From contig CAMJVU010000002.1 of NCBI GenBank assembly GCA_946409305.1, positions 451 to 64,450 of the forward strand: a DNA stretch of 64,000 nt. The letters run 5' to 3'. Position 1 is the first letter of the stretch, and each line of letters begins with the position of its first letter. The DNA comes from an uncultured Cytophagales bacterium (GTDB taxonomy: Bacteria; Bacteroidota; Bacteroidia; Cytophagales; Amoebophilaceae). The position numbers were made by a program, and so were the translations under genes. A model generated the notes under the pieces. That model was given only the letters and a program-made list of their open reading frames with translations, searched no databases and was not told the origin of the DNA. Shown here in pieces: positions 44,575 to 53,847 of this stretch.

Positions 44575-46964
44575 AAATATCATTGCAGTGGTTGAACGAT
44601 TTTATCGATATAATCAAATATCCTGTTAGTTGTATATCTGACAAGCTGACAAGTTGTGGTTTAGAAGTCGGGAACGTAGACACGTATGAGTCCATCCCTG
44701 GGAGCTTTGAAGGACTGGTCGTTGGAGAAGTTGTAGATTGTAAACAACATCCGAATGCTGATTTATTGCGTTGTCTTAAGGTTGATATAGGAGACAAAGT
44801 GTTGAATATAGTGTGCGGAGCTCCAAATGCTAGAAAAGGAATAAAGGTCGTAGTTGCACAAGTTAACACAATGATATATCCATTCGAAGGTGATCCTATT
44901 GTTATAAAGAAATCAAAGATAAGAGGGGAATTTTCTGAGGGAATGTTATGTGCAGAAGATGAAGTAGGAATAGGTAAAAACCACAACATGATAATAGAGG
45001 TTGATAATAGTTATGTCAATGGAACTCCAGTTAATGAAGTTTACAATGTAAAAAAACAACAAATATTGGACGTTGAATTGACTCCTAATCGCGGAGATTC
45101 ATGTTCTCATTTAGGAATAGCAAGAAGTTTAAAAGCATTGTTTAATGAAGAAATTAAAAATCAGTCAACGTTGCAATTGGATAAGAATGAGATGTCGTCT
45201 TACGTCATAAATTCAGCTCACAATGGATGTAAAAGATATGATTGCATTGTCGTTAAAAATGTAAAGATTAGCGAATCTCCCAAATATGTAAAAGAAAGAC
45301 TATTAGCTGTTGGAGTAAGACCAATAAATAATGTTGTTGATATAACTAATTACGTCATGTTAGAATTGGGTCAACCGATGCATGCTTATGACTTTGGAAG
45401 AATAAATGGAAACCTTCACGTGAGATTGGCAAACAATAATGAATCCATAAAAGCTTTGAATGGAAGTGAATATCAATTGGCGAGTACAGATCTTGTGATT
45501 GCAGATGACATGAGAGCACTGGGAATTGCAGGAATTATAGGAGGACAATATTCTTCTATCCAAAACGACACAGTGGATATATTGTTCGAAGCAGCTTATT
45601 TTGATCCTATTGTAGTTAGAAAATGTGCATCTAGATTACATATAAAAACTGATGCCTCATATCGTTTCGAAAGAGGATGTGATATAGATATGCCGTTGAA
45701 AGCGTTACAGAGAGCATGTTGGCTCTTAAAAGAGCAATGCCCAGAAGCTATTGTAGATAAATATCACGAATATTTTAATGGACAAAAACCTGATGTAGTC
45801 AATTTATCGTTGAGATGGTTCAATAGTATTGTAGGACAAGAGATTTCACATGATAAAATATTTGAGATACTTAAAAAATTAGATTTTAAGATATTTGTAG
45901 TTGACAGTGATAACGTATCAATAACTGTCCCATTGTACAAAACAAACATAAAGAGAGACGTTGACATTGTTGACGAATTTATGAGATTTTACGGATACGA
46001 AAATATTAAAACAACTGAAACTCTAGTACATAACATTGATACCGTTAACTCTAATTTAGATATTTCTTCGGAGTATAGAATCCGTGAACGTATCTGTAAT
46101 TATTTATCGTCAAATGGATTTTACGAAATAAGTACTAATTCTTTGATATCTAGCAAGAATGTAGATGGTCAATGTAATATAAAAATTTCAAACCCATTAA
46201 GTAATGAACACGATACATTACGTCCAGATCTGATATACTCTGGAATGCGTGTTATAAGGGATAACATTAACAATGGAAACAAAAATTTAAAGTTGTTCGA
46301 GTTAGGAAAACATTATCATAAAGTTGATCAGCGATGTGGTGAATCTCTTTTTTTAGGAATATTTGTGACAGGAGAGACGGATGAGTCGTGGATGTTAAAG
46401 AAACGTCAGTTATCATTTTTTGATCTCAAATCAATTGTTGTATCTTTATTAAAAACGTTTGGAGTATATGATTATTCTGAAACGATTACACAAAATAATC
46501 AGTACTTTTCGCAATGTCTGAGTATCGATATCAAAGAGGATAGTATTGCAAAATGTGGCATTGTTTCTAGTTCAATGAGAGAAAAATTTAGTGTAGAACA
46601 GGAAGTCTTTTACGCAAGTATCGATATTGATGTTTTCTTCAAACATATACGGAATAAAAAAACAAAAGATTACGAACCAGTATCACAATATCCATCCGTA
46701 AAAAGAGATTTATCTATAATCGTCGATAAGAGTACAACTTTTTATGACATAAATGATATCATTCTAAAAACAAATAAGTTAATAAAGAATGTTAATGTTT
46801 TTGATGTGTACGTCGGAGATCAGATTCCTGATGGAAAGAAATCATACGCCATATCAATAATATTCCAAGATAATGATGGAACGCTGGAAAGTAATAAAGT
46901 ACACAAAATAACAAAAAAAATAGTTGACAATTTATTCAATAGATTTGGTGCTACAATAAGGTAA
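44571..46964 (+). CDS. pheT: Phenylalanine--tRNA ligase beta subunit
   Basis: 797 aa. It has the typical N-terminus MKISLQWLNDFIDI, a tRNA-binding domain (HPNADLLRCLKVDIGD) and B3/4 and B5 wording. There is a 4-nt overlap with the helicase stop. Confidence 0.9.
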   Translation: MKISLQWLNDFIDIIKYPVSCISDKLTSCGLEVGNVDTYESIPGSFEGLVVGEVVDCKQHPNADLLRCLKVDIGDKVLNIVCGAPNARKGIKVVVAQVNTMIYPFEGDPIVIKKSKIRGEFSEGMLCAEDEVGIGKNHNMIIEVDNSYVNGTPVNEVYNVKKQQILDVELTPNRGDSCSHLGIARSLKALFNEEIKNQSTLQLDKNEMSSYVINSAHNGCKRYDCIVVKNVKISESPKYVKERLLAVGVRPINNVVDITNYVMLELGQPMHAYDFGRINGNLHVRLANNNESIKALNGSEYQLASTDLVIADDMRALGIAGIIGGQYSSIQNDTVDILFEAAYFDPIVVRKCASRLHIKTDASYRFERGCDIDMPLKALQRACWLLKEQCPEAIVDKYHEYFNGQKPDVVNLSLRWFNSIVGQEISHDKIFEILKKLDFKIFVVDSDNVSITVPLYKTNIKRDVDIVDEFMRFYGYENIKTTETLVHNIDTVNSNLDISSEYRIRERICNYLSSNGFYEISTNSLISSKNVDGQCNIKISNPLSNEHDTLRPDLIYSGMRVIRDNINNGNKNLKLFELGKHYHKVDQRCGESLFLGIFVTGETDESWMLKKRQLSFFDLKSIVVSLLKTFGVYDYSETITQNNQYFSQCLSIDIKEDSIAKCGIVSSSMREKFSVEQEVFYASIDIDVFFKHIRNKKTKDYEPVSQYPSVKRDLSIIVDKSTTFYDINDIILKTNKLIKNVNVFDVYVGDQIPDGKKSYAISIIFQDNDGTLESNKVHKITKKIVDNLFNRFGATIR

Positions 46965-46981
46965 ACAATTTATATTTAGTT

Positions 46982-47884
46982 ATGAAGTTTGGAGTGTTTT
47001 TATTGCCTGTTTTATTCTGGTGTGGGTGGTATTGTCAAGAAGGCGAAAATGATGTACAACGAAATGAGAATTTAGATAAGAGAGAAAGTAGCCGTATAAG
47101 GGAGGATTGTCACACAGGAAGAAATGTTGATCCGATGGTTTCTCTTGTCGAGTACCTCAATGAAGGAAAATATGGGGAAATTTGGCGTGAGGGTACTGAT
47201 TTGAGACAATGCCTTGATCCGTTGATCGAAGAATTTAGGGGAATGTCTACTAAAAAAAGAACTGAGTTACTAGGTGATTTTGGAGTTATACTATTAGACA
47301 TTGATAGGTCTTTTGGGCGTAAAGTTCTTAATGTTAATGAGTATCTAAAGTCTTTATTAAATATTCTTTTTGATTTTTCTATAAGAGAAGGGAACGGATA
47401 TTCCCAGGGATATAATTATGTAGCGGTGGAGTGTTTGATTCAACGTAAAAATGATTACAATGAGAGTAAAAAATTGTTTTTTGATGTAATGACTAAGTTG
47501 AAAATAAAGTGTTTAGGTTACGAAGGTAATTACATCGGTTTATTTAAAAAATTTATAAAAGATAATTCTTTTAGAGGTCTTGTTTTAGTTGCTATCAGGG
47601 AAAAAGCAGATAAAACTTTTTTCGATAAGGAGTTTGAAGATTTATGGATCGGCGGGTTTTTGCAAGGATTATTATTCAGTTTTTTTAGTAGATCCCTTGA
47701 TTCCGGGAACTCATGGAAACGCATATTGTTATGTTTAGAAAAAGGAGAATGTTTTGACGTGTTTAATGAGTTTTGTTTAGCTTTGGATTATGTTTTAACA
47801 TGTGTTCGTGATAAATGTGGAAATGGGGGGAAGGTGGATTTTTATGTTGTGCATGATATTGTGAAAAAATATCTTAATGGTTAG
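46982..47884 (+). CDS. TBC-domain (RabGAP)-like protein with signal peptide
   Basis: MKFGVFLLPVLFWCGWYC, then VILLDIDRSFGRK (IxxDxxR arginine-finger motif) and, about 30 aa later, GNGYSQGYNYVAVECLI (YxQG glutamine-finger motif). Confidence 0.65.
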   Translation: MKFGVFLLPVLFWCGWYCQEGENDVQRNENLDKRESSRIREDCHTGRNVDPMVSLVEYLNEGKYGEIWREGTDLRQCLDPLIEEFRGMSTKKRTELLGDFGVILLDIDRSFGRKVLNVNEYLKSLLNILFDFSIREGNGYSQGYNYVAVECLIQRKNDYNESKKLFFDVMTKLKIKCLGYEGNYIGLFKKFIKDNSFRGLVLVAIREKADKTFFDKEFEDLWIGGFLQGLLFSFFSRSLDSGNSWKRILLCLEKGECFDVFNEFCLALDYVLTCVRDKCGNGGKVDFYVVHDIVKKYLNG

Positions 47885-48019
47885 AATATTACATACAGGT
47901 TTGATAGCTGGAACATTAGTTTAGATCGGTAGCTTGTTGTTAGGGTGAATTAGTGATGGAATGTCATGAGATGTGGTGTGATAGTGTTGATTGTTGGTTA
48001 ATGGAAGACCACTGTACGG

Positions 48020-48928
48020 GTGATTATGTTTAAATCTGATATCCTCGAAAGTTTTGATTTTGAGTTTAAAAAATATCTCCTATACAGTGGAAAATTCGTT
48101 AAAAATACACGTCAAGAGTTTTTAACACAGATACGTAAGGAATTTGATGTAAAAGATGGTTCTGTTTCTTATAGCAGGTGCCATTCTGTGAGTTATTTGT
48201 CTATCGTTGAATCTGTTGTGAAAGTTTTTAACTTGATTTGTTCAGCAAAAAATTGTGAAATTAACATTACCTACGATGATAGTGTTGCTATCGCTTTAAG
48301 GTATTTATCAGGATTGGTTCTTGCTGTTAAGAAAAGTCCGTTACTTATTTCAGATGACTATAAGTCTATGTCTGTTAATAATATTTACAACAGAATATTG
48401 GAGTCTGACAATATTGAAGATGCATTTGTAGAATACGCTATATCTAAAAATCTCGTTCTAAAATTGATTTTTAGATTGTTACGTAACCCAAACGATAAAG
48501 ATTTTGTTGAACATTTGTTGGATTACGGGAACATATTAATTGAAAAACTAAACAATTGTCATATGAATTTAAGAGTTGGTCCTGCAAAATATAATTCAGA
48601 AGTCCGTGAGTATTACGATATCATAAGTTTTGAGAGTTGTGAAAATGGAATTATTATCGATAATGAGATGGATTGTTGTGCTCTTTCTCACATAAAACAT
48701 CTAATGTATCCACTTGAAGATAATATAAAATTTTTAGCTCCTAGATCGGTGAACCTTCCCGATATGTATAAAAGGAATGGAGAATACGAGATTATGACCA
48801 GCTTCCAAAAGTGTGATGGGAAAATTAAAATGACAGGAGAAAAAGTTAATGATAAAAACTTTTATATCAGAGATTGGTACACAAAAGGTAAAGACCTAAT
48901 CATTTTTCAGAGTCATGAATATTCGTGA
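48020..48928 (+). CDS. Hypothetical protein, no signal peptide, no recognisable domain
   Basis: 302-aa ORF on the same strand, 136 nt after the TBC-like gene. The start context GGGTGATT-ATG resembles other accessory genes. Confidence 0.5.
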   Translation: MIMFKSDILESFDFEFKKYLLYSGKFVKNTRQEFLTQIRKEFDVKDGSVSYSRCHSVSYLSIVESVVKVFNLICSAKNCEINITYDDSVAIALRYLSGLVLAVKKSPLLISDDYKSMSVNNIYNRILESDNIEDAFVEYAISKNLVLKLIFRLLRNPNDKDFVEHLLDYGNILIEKLNNCHMNLRVGPAKYNSEVREYYDIISFESCENGIIIDNEMDCCALSHIKHLMYPLEDNIKFLAPRSVNLPDMYKRNGEYEIMTSFQKCDGKIKMTGEKVNDKNFYIRDWYTKGKDLIIFQSHEYS

Positions 48929-49940
48929 CCTGACAGTTGAAATTATTCGCTAATGTTATTAACTCCTTCATCAACTCGTGTCTGACATTTATTCCGTTTT
49001 TATCATCTTTTTTTATATTTGTGATTACGATAGGATTTAAAGTAACGGAATTACTCTGAATTTCTTTCAATACAACGATTATTTTTTCGTTCTGGTTGTA
49101 ATATGGTTTTTTCTTTACATGATCTTTGATATTCTCAATGTAACTATATACACTATTGAGATCTGAGTACTTTAAATCAACTATAAAACTCAAACTAAAA
49201 AAACCATTTTTACTCTTATTTACTATTAGACTACTTGTAAATATTGAATTTTTTATTAGAACAACTTTATTATCTATCGTTTTTATTTCAACAGCTTTAA
49301 GGCCAATTTTATTCACGTATCCTTCAATGTTTTTGTCTTGAACGTACACTAAATCCCCTTTTTTGTATAAGTTTGTTAATATCAAAAAGAATCCATTGAA
49401 AACGTCTTCCAAAGTATTTTTTAATATCAAAGAAAATACTGTTAATGGAGTACAAACACTAAAAATAAAATTTGAAGGATGTATGTCAAAAATAGACAAT
49501 ATTACTCCTACCGCAATCAAAATAACTAAAGCATTAATAATATTTTTTATTATTTTGACAACCAATAGTTTTTCATCATTCTTACTGTTATTAATTTTGT
49601 TAATTAACGAATCACAAATCACACTTGTAAAATTAAAAACACATAATAACCCACAAAAAAGAAAAGAAAATATTCTGATCTTTATAAGATAGTACAATAT
49701 GTCTATGTCAAGATATGTCAGTAATACATTATCTTTATCTGTAATAAAACGAAAAGCTAATGTAATAAGAATGGGATAATGAAAAACCCTAACAATATTC
49801 TTTAACACTTTAATGGTAGTGCTATTAGATTTTTTATTCTTTACCTTAATGCAAAAAACGTGCAAAAATACCAGTAAAACTATATTTACAATTATATCAA
49901 TAAAATAAAACAAATAGAACATTACAACACTGCTCGACAT
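48900..49940 (-). CDS. Small-conductance mechanosensitive channel (MscS family)
   Basis: TM helices followed by MscS beta-domain wording GDLVYVQDKNIEGYVNKIGLKAVEIKTIDNKVVLIKNSIF. Confidence 0.75.
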   Translation of the reverse strand: MSSSVVMFYLFYFIDIIVNIVLLVFLHVFCIKVKNKKSNSTTIKVLKNIVRVFHYPILITLAFRFITDKDNVLLTYLDIDILYYLIKIRIFSFLFCGLLCVFNFTSVICDSLINKINNSKNDEKLLVVKIIKNIINALVILIAVGVILSIFDIHPSNFIFSVCTPLTVFSLILKNTLEDVFNGFFLILTNLYKKGDLVYVQDKNIEGYVNKIGLKAVEIKTIDNKVVLIKNSIFTSSLIVNKSKNGFFSLSFIVDLKYSDLNSVYSYIENIKDHVKKKPYYNQNEKIIVVLKEIQSNSVTLNPIVITNIKKDDKNGINVRHELMKELITLANNFNCQVTNIHDSEK

Positions 49941-50075
49941 ATATTAAATAACCCACATGTCCACTTCTTAATCTAATACTTAATTCAAACATTCTACACT
50001 TTTTCAATAAAAATACCTTTTATTAAAAGCCATCATGCTAGTAACAATTTACGAAAATGTTTAAAACATTTTATA

Positions 50076-50987
50076 ATGGTGTATCATATCCCTGTAATGT
50101 TAGATGAGGTCATAGACAACCTTATAGAAGATCCAAATGGAATATATGTTGATCTAACTTTTGGTGGAGGCGGACATTCTAAAGAAATAATAAAACGTTT
50201 AAATAAAGGACATTTGTACGCATTTGACCAGGATAAAGATGTGGTACAAAACTTGAAGGATTTTGAGCAATATGACAACTTTACCTTTATCAATTCCAAT
50301 GGGAAACATATCAAACAATTTTTAGAATACTACGATGTAAAACGTATTAATGGTGTTTTCTTGGATCTTGGTATTTCTTCTTATCAAATAGATACTCCAG
50401 AAAGGGGTTTCTCTACCAGATTTTTGGGAGATCTCGATATGAGGATGAATAAAAATGCTAATCTTACCGCTCAAATAGTGGTTAATGAATATTCAGCTAG
50501 TGGATTACAAAAAATATTTAAAGAATATGGAGAATTAGAAAATTCGTCATTGATAGTAGAGGCAATAGTTGATTATAGAAAGAAGAAACAAATTACCACT
50601 ACTAACGATTTGAAAGAAATACTGCTAAAAAATGTAAAAATGAATACTAGATATCAGGCAAAATTTTTATCGAAAGTATTTCAAGCCATAAGAATTGAAG
50701 TTAATGACGAATTAAATACGTTGAAAGACATATTAACAAGTGTGAGTGACATTCTAACAGAAAACGGTAGAATAGTCGTAATATCTTATCATTCTCTTGA
50801 AGATAGAATCGTAAAAAATTTTTTCAAGTGTGGAAACTTTGATGGAGTAGTGGATAAAGATTTTTATGGAAATATAACAACTCCTTTCAAACCTTTATAT
50901 AAAAAACCTATAACACCATCTATAAATGAAATCATCTCCAATAACAGGTCAAGAAGTGCTAGATTAAGAGTTGGAATAAAATTATAA
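50076..50987 (+). CDS. rsmH: 16S rRNA (cytosine1402-N4)-methyltransferase RsmH (MraW)
   Basis: HIPVMLDEVIDNL, DLTFGGGGHS, DLGISSYQID, ISYHSLEDRIVK and NNRSRSARLRV. Confidence 0.95.
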   Translation: MVYHIPVMLDEVIDNLIEDPNGIYVDLTFGGGGHSKEIIKRLNKGHLYAFDQDKDVVQNLKDFEQYDNFTFINSNGKHIKQFLEYYDVKRINGVFLDLGISSYQIDTPERGFSTRFLGDLDMRMNKNANLTAQIVVNEYSASGLQKIFKEYGELENSSLIVEAIVDYRKKKQITTTNDLKEILLKNVKMNTRYQAKFLSKVFQAIRIEVNDELNTLKDILTSVSDILTENGRIVVISYHSLEDRIVKNFFKCGNFDGVVDKDFYGNITTPFKPLYKKPITPSINEIISNNRSRSARLRVGIKL

Positions 50988-50993
50988 GATAAC

Positions 50994-51365
50994 ATGATGG
51001 AATCTCTTAAAGTTATATTAAATGGTAAATATAAAATGCAAAGGAGTGAATTTTTATCATTTGCTGAACCTTGTAAATCTATCGATGAATCACAAGATAT
51101 TGTAAAAAAATACAAAAAAAAATATCACGACGCAAAACATATTTGTTGGGCTTTAAGTATAGATAACGGGGAAACAACATGTTATAGTGATAATGGAGAA
51201 CCGTCTGGAACTGCGGGAATTCAGATATTTAAAGAGATTTGTGCAGCAAATCTTACAAACTTAATAGTGGTTGTTATACGTTATTTTGGAGGAGTTAAAT
51301 TGGGGAAAAAAGGACTATCGGAAGCTTATAAAACATCCGTCAACATATGTTTAAGTAGTAAATAA
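50994..51365 (+). CDS. yigZ: YigZ / IMPACT-family (UPF0029) protein, N-terminal domain only
   Basis: DAKHICWALS, SDNGEPSGTAG and VVVIRYFGGVKLGKKGLSEAYK. Confidence 0.8.
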   Translation: MMESLKVILNGKYKMQRSEFLSFAEPCKSIDESQDIVKKYKKKYHDAKHICWALSIDNGETTCYSDNGEPSGTAGIQIFKEICAANLTNLIVVVIRYFGGVKLGKKGLSEAYKTSVNICLSSK

Positions 51366-51387
51366 TTAGGTTCAGATAGATTTTAAT

Positions 51388-52725
51388 ATGACTGATAGAA
51401 TAAGGGTTGGAATTTTATTTGGCGGTAGATCACGGGAACGAGAAGTATCTTTTGCAGGAGGAAGAACAGTTTATGATAGTATAGATAAAGAACTATACGA
51501 ACCAATCCCTATTTTTGTTGATGGGCACAACACGTTAATTAAGTTAAATTGGCAATATCTGTATCGTGGAACCATTAGGGATTTTTATCCTTCGAAAGAA
51601 ATGAGACCAAATGATCTTAAAAATATCAGAATATACGATGATTCAATAAAAAATATAGATTATTCACAATTGGGAGATATTGGCACAGTTATAAGGATAG
51701 AAAATTTAAAAAATATAGTTGACGTTATTTTCCTGATTCTTCATGGGTTAGACGGAGAAGATGGAAATATCCAAGGTATGTTAAATTTCTTAGACATCCC
51801 ATATACAGGATCTGGTATTTTGGGTTCTGCCATTGGAATAGATAAGGTATTCCAAAAAGAAATAATGAAGCAATATGGATATGAAGTCAATGAGTGTACA
51901 ATAATAACCAGTGAAGACTGGAATACCAAAAGAAATAAAATAATGGAGGATGTGTTATCAAAATATCATGTTCCATTCATCATTAAAAGTTCTTCTCAAG
52001 GATCTTCGATAGGCGTTTCAAGGGTAGATAATGTAGACAAACATGTTATATCTGATGTCATAAATAAAAGTTTTGGACAGTTAGTTGTACATGGCAATTC
52101 CTGGAATAAGATGAGTTATCAACAAAAAGAACAATTAGTATTTGATCAAATAGATTATCGTTACGGGATTGGATATCCAGTTATTATTGATGACTTGATA
52201 ATCTATTCTCCACTGGAGTTAATAAATCGTATAGATGGTCATTTACATAATAATGATGAATGTGTCATTTCTTCAAGTCAAAGATGTAATCATGTTATTG
52301 TCGAAGAATTTATAGAAGGTAGAGAATTCTCTTGTGTCGTTGTGCAAGATCATGGGTATAACCCTGTGGCTTTTCCTCCGACAGAAATAATAAAATCTGA
52401 TGGAATTTTTGATTACAGGAGTAAGTACTTACCAGGTGCAACGGTCAAACAAACCCCAATGAATGTTGATAAAATCACCTTAGAAAAGATAAGAGAAACA
52501 AGTGTACAAGTCTTTAAGGATTTGCATTTTAATGTTTACGCTAGAATAGATGGCTTCTTAACTAAAGAAAATGAGATAATAATAAATGATCCAAATACAA
52601 TAGCAGGAATGGAACCATCATCATTCATATTTCAACAAGCAGCAGAAATAGGGCTAACTCCAACAGATTTGATAACCTTCATATTAACGAACGCTACCAA
52701 ACCATCACAGAAACTAATAAAATAA
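51388..52725 (+). CDS. ddl: D-alanine--D-alanine ligase, unusually long (445 aa)
   Basis: RVGILFGGRSREREVSFAGGRTV, LHGLDGEDGNIQGMLNFLDIPYTGSG, PFIIKSSSQGSSIGV and EEFIEGREFSCVVV, with an ATP-grasp C-terminus. Confidence 0.85.
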   Translation: MTDRIRVGILFGGRSREREVSFAGGRTVYDSIDKELYEPIPIFVDGHNTLIKLNWQYLYRGTIRDFYPSKEMRPNDLKNIRIYDDSIKNIDYSQLGDIGTVIRIENLKNIVDVIFLILHGLDGEDGNIQGMLNFLDIPYTGSGILGSAIGIDKVFQKEIMKQYGYEVNECTIITSEDWNTKRNKIMEDVLSKYHVPFIIKSSSQGSSIGVSRVDNVDKHVISDVINKSFGQLVVHGNSWNKMSYQQKEQLVFDQIDYRYGIGYPVIIDDLIIYSPLELINRIDGHLHNNDECVISSSQRCNHVIVEEFIEGREFSCVVVQDHGYNPVAFPPTEIIKSDGIFDYRSKYLPGATVKQTPMNVDKITLEKIRETSVQVFKDLHFNVYARIDGFLTKENEIIINDPNTIAGMEPSSFIFQQAAEIGLTPTDLITFILTNATKPSQKLIK

Positions 52726-52785
52726 GAAACACAAACTACGAAACAATTAAGTGCGACAAATACTCATTAAAAAGATAGTCCTTAT

Positions 52786-53430
52786 CTAACACAGAAAACA
52801 CGAAGAACAGCCAAAACTACCTGCAGAACCATCTTTCTCTCCAACACCACCAATAGGTTTAATCTCACTACCACTACCACTGCTGGCTAATCCCCTCAGC
52901 TTACTGACAACCTCATCCCAATGATGACAACATTTTCCCGCTTCCTCATTAGCATTAAGAGACTTAATCATGCCATTAATCTCATCATTAGTTACACGTT
53001 TACCACAACCATTTAAGAAATCCTGAACAACATCATGAAGTACAAGATGATGTGTTGCGGCTAAATTTTTAGGAAGTTTATATTTGCTTCCTATATTATC
53101 TGATTTTACAAACTTACTGAATGATTCAAGGAAAAGACTATTCACTTTCATGGAGTCAAACAATATCGTATTTCACCCTTGATTATTAAACATACCACTC
53201 AACAAATCATCAAACCTAGCAAAATGCTCCAATATTAACTCCAAATCTCTAGTATCATCACCCTTTATCACACAGTCGAAATATTTCCCTAACCCTTCAT
53301 CGACCAAATATTGTTTGAATTTATCTTCCAATCCCTTATCAACAACTTCAGTCTTGTACAACTCTTGACAACAACCTACAACCACAAACACCCACACAAA
53401 CAAAACAATTTTTCGAATTTTCAAAACCAT
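52786..53430 (-). pseudogene. Secreted lipoprotein-like protein interrupted by one in-frame TGA; C-terminus CSSCFLC
   Basis: Track ORFs 53173..53430 (MVLKIRKIVLFVWVFVVVGCCQE..., lipobox VVGC) and 52786..53163 are in the same frame. They are separated only by TGA at 53173-53175 plus three sense codons (…FNNQG*NTILFDSMKV…). Confidence 0.6.
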
Positions 53431-53493
53431 ATCTTGATATAGTACAATTCCCTTGATTTAATTTATGTAATCATTTTATTGGTTTCTTTAATA

Positions 53494-53778
53494 TTAAGCC
53501 CTCAATGAAATAAAAAGACATTTCAGTAATTCTACCCAAAAAGATCCTTTACCCTTTTTTTCCTCATCAATTTGCCTCTGTATCTCAAAATCTTTACAAG
53601 ACACCTTATCTTCCTCTTCTTGAATGTCAGAAAAACCTTCAGGATCTTTTAATATTTCTTCATGAATTTTAGGCAATTCGTGGGAACTGCCAATATTTCC
53701 AGTTTCGTAAATTTTTGATGACACTCCTGATACAAACAAATAAAAAGAAAATAAACTAATTATCCATTTCATGATCAC
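53494..53778 (-). CDS. Small secreted acidic protein
   Basis: 94 aa with signal MIMKWIISLFSFYLFVSGVSS, then an E/D-rich segment. Start context GTGATC-ATG. Confidence 0.5.
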   Translation of the reverse strand: MIMKWIISLFSFYLFVSGVSSKIYETGNIGSSHELPKIHEEILKDPEGFSDIQEEEDKVSCKDFEIQRQIDEEKKGKGSFWVELLKCLFISLRA

Positions 53779-53847
53779 AAAATTCCATGCCTACAAACAT
53801 AAAATACTTTAAGGAATATTTAGTTGAATTTTATTGGTATTCTATTG

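Noticed and set aside
53173-53175. TGA reassigned to Trp (genetic code 4) or selenocysteine, as the explanation for the in-frame TGA
   Set aside because: TGA terminates well-defined genes here at their expected ends: pnp at 4193-4195 and the small ORF at 15477-15479. I see no SECIS-like hairpin and no sel genes. A nonsense mutation or readthrough is more parsimonious.
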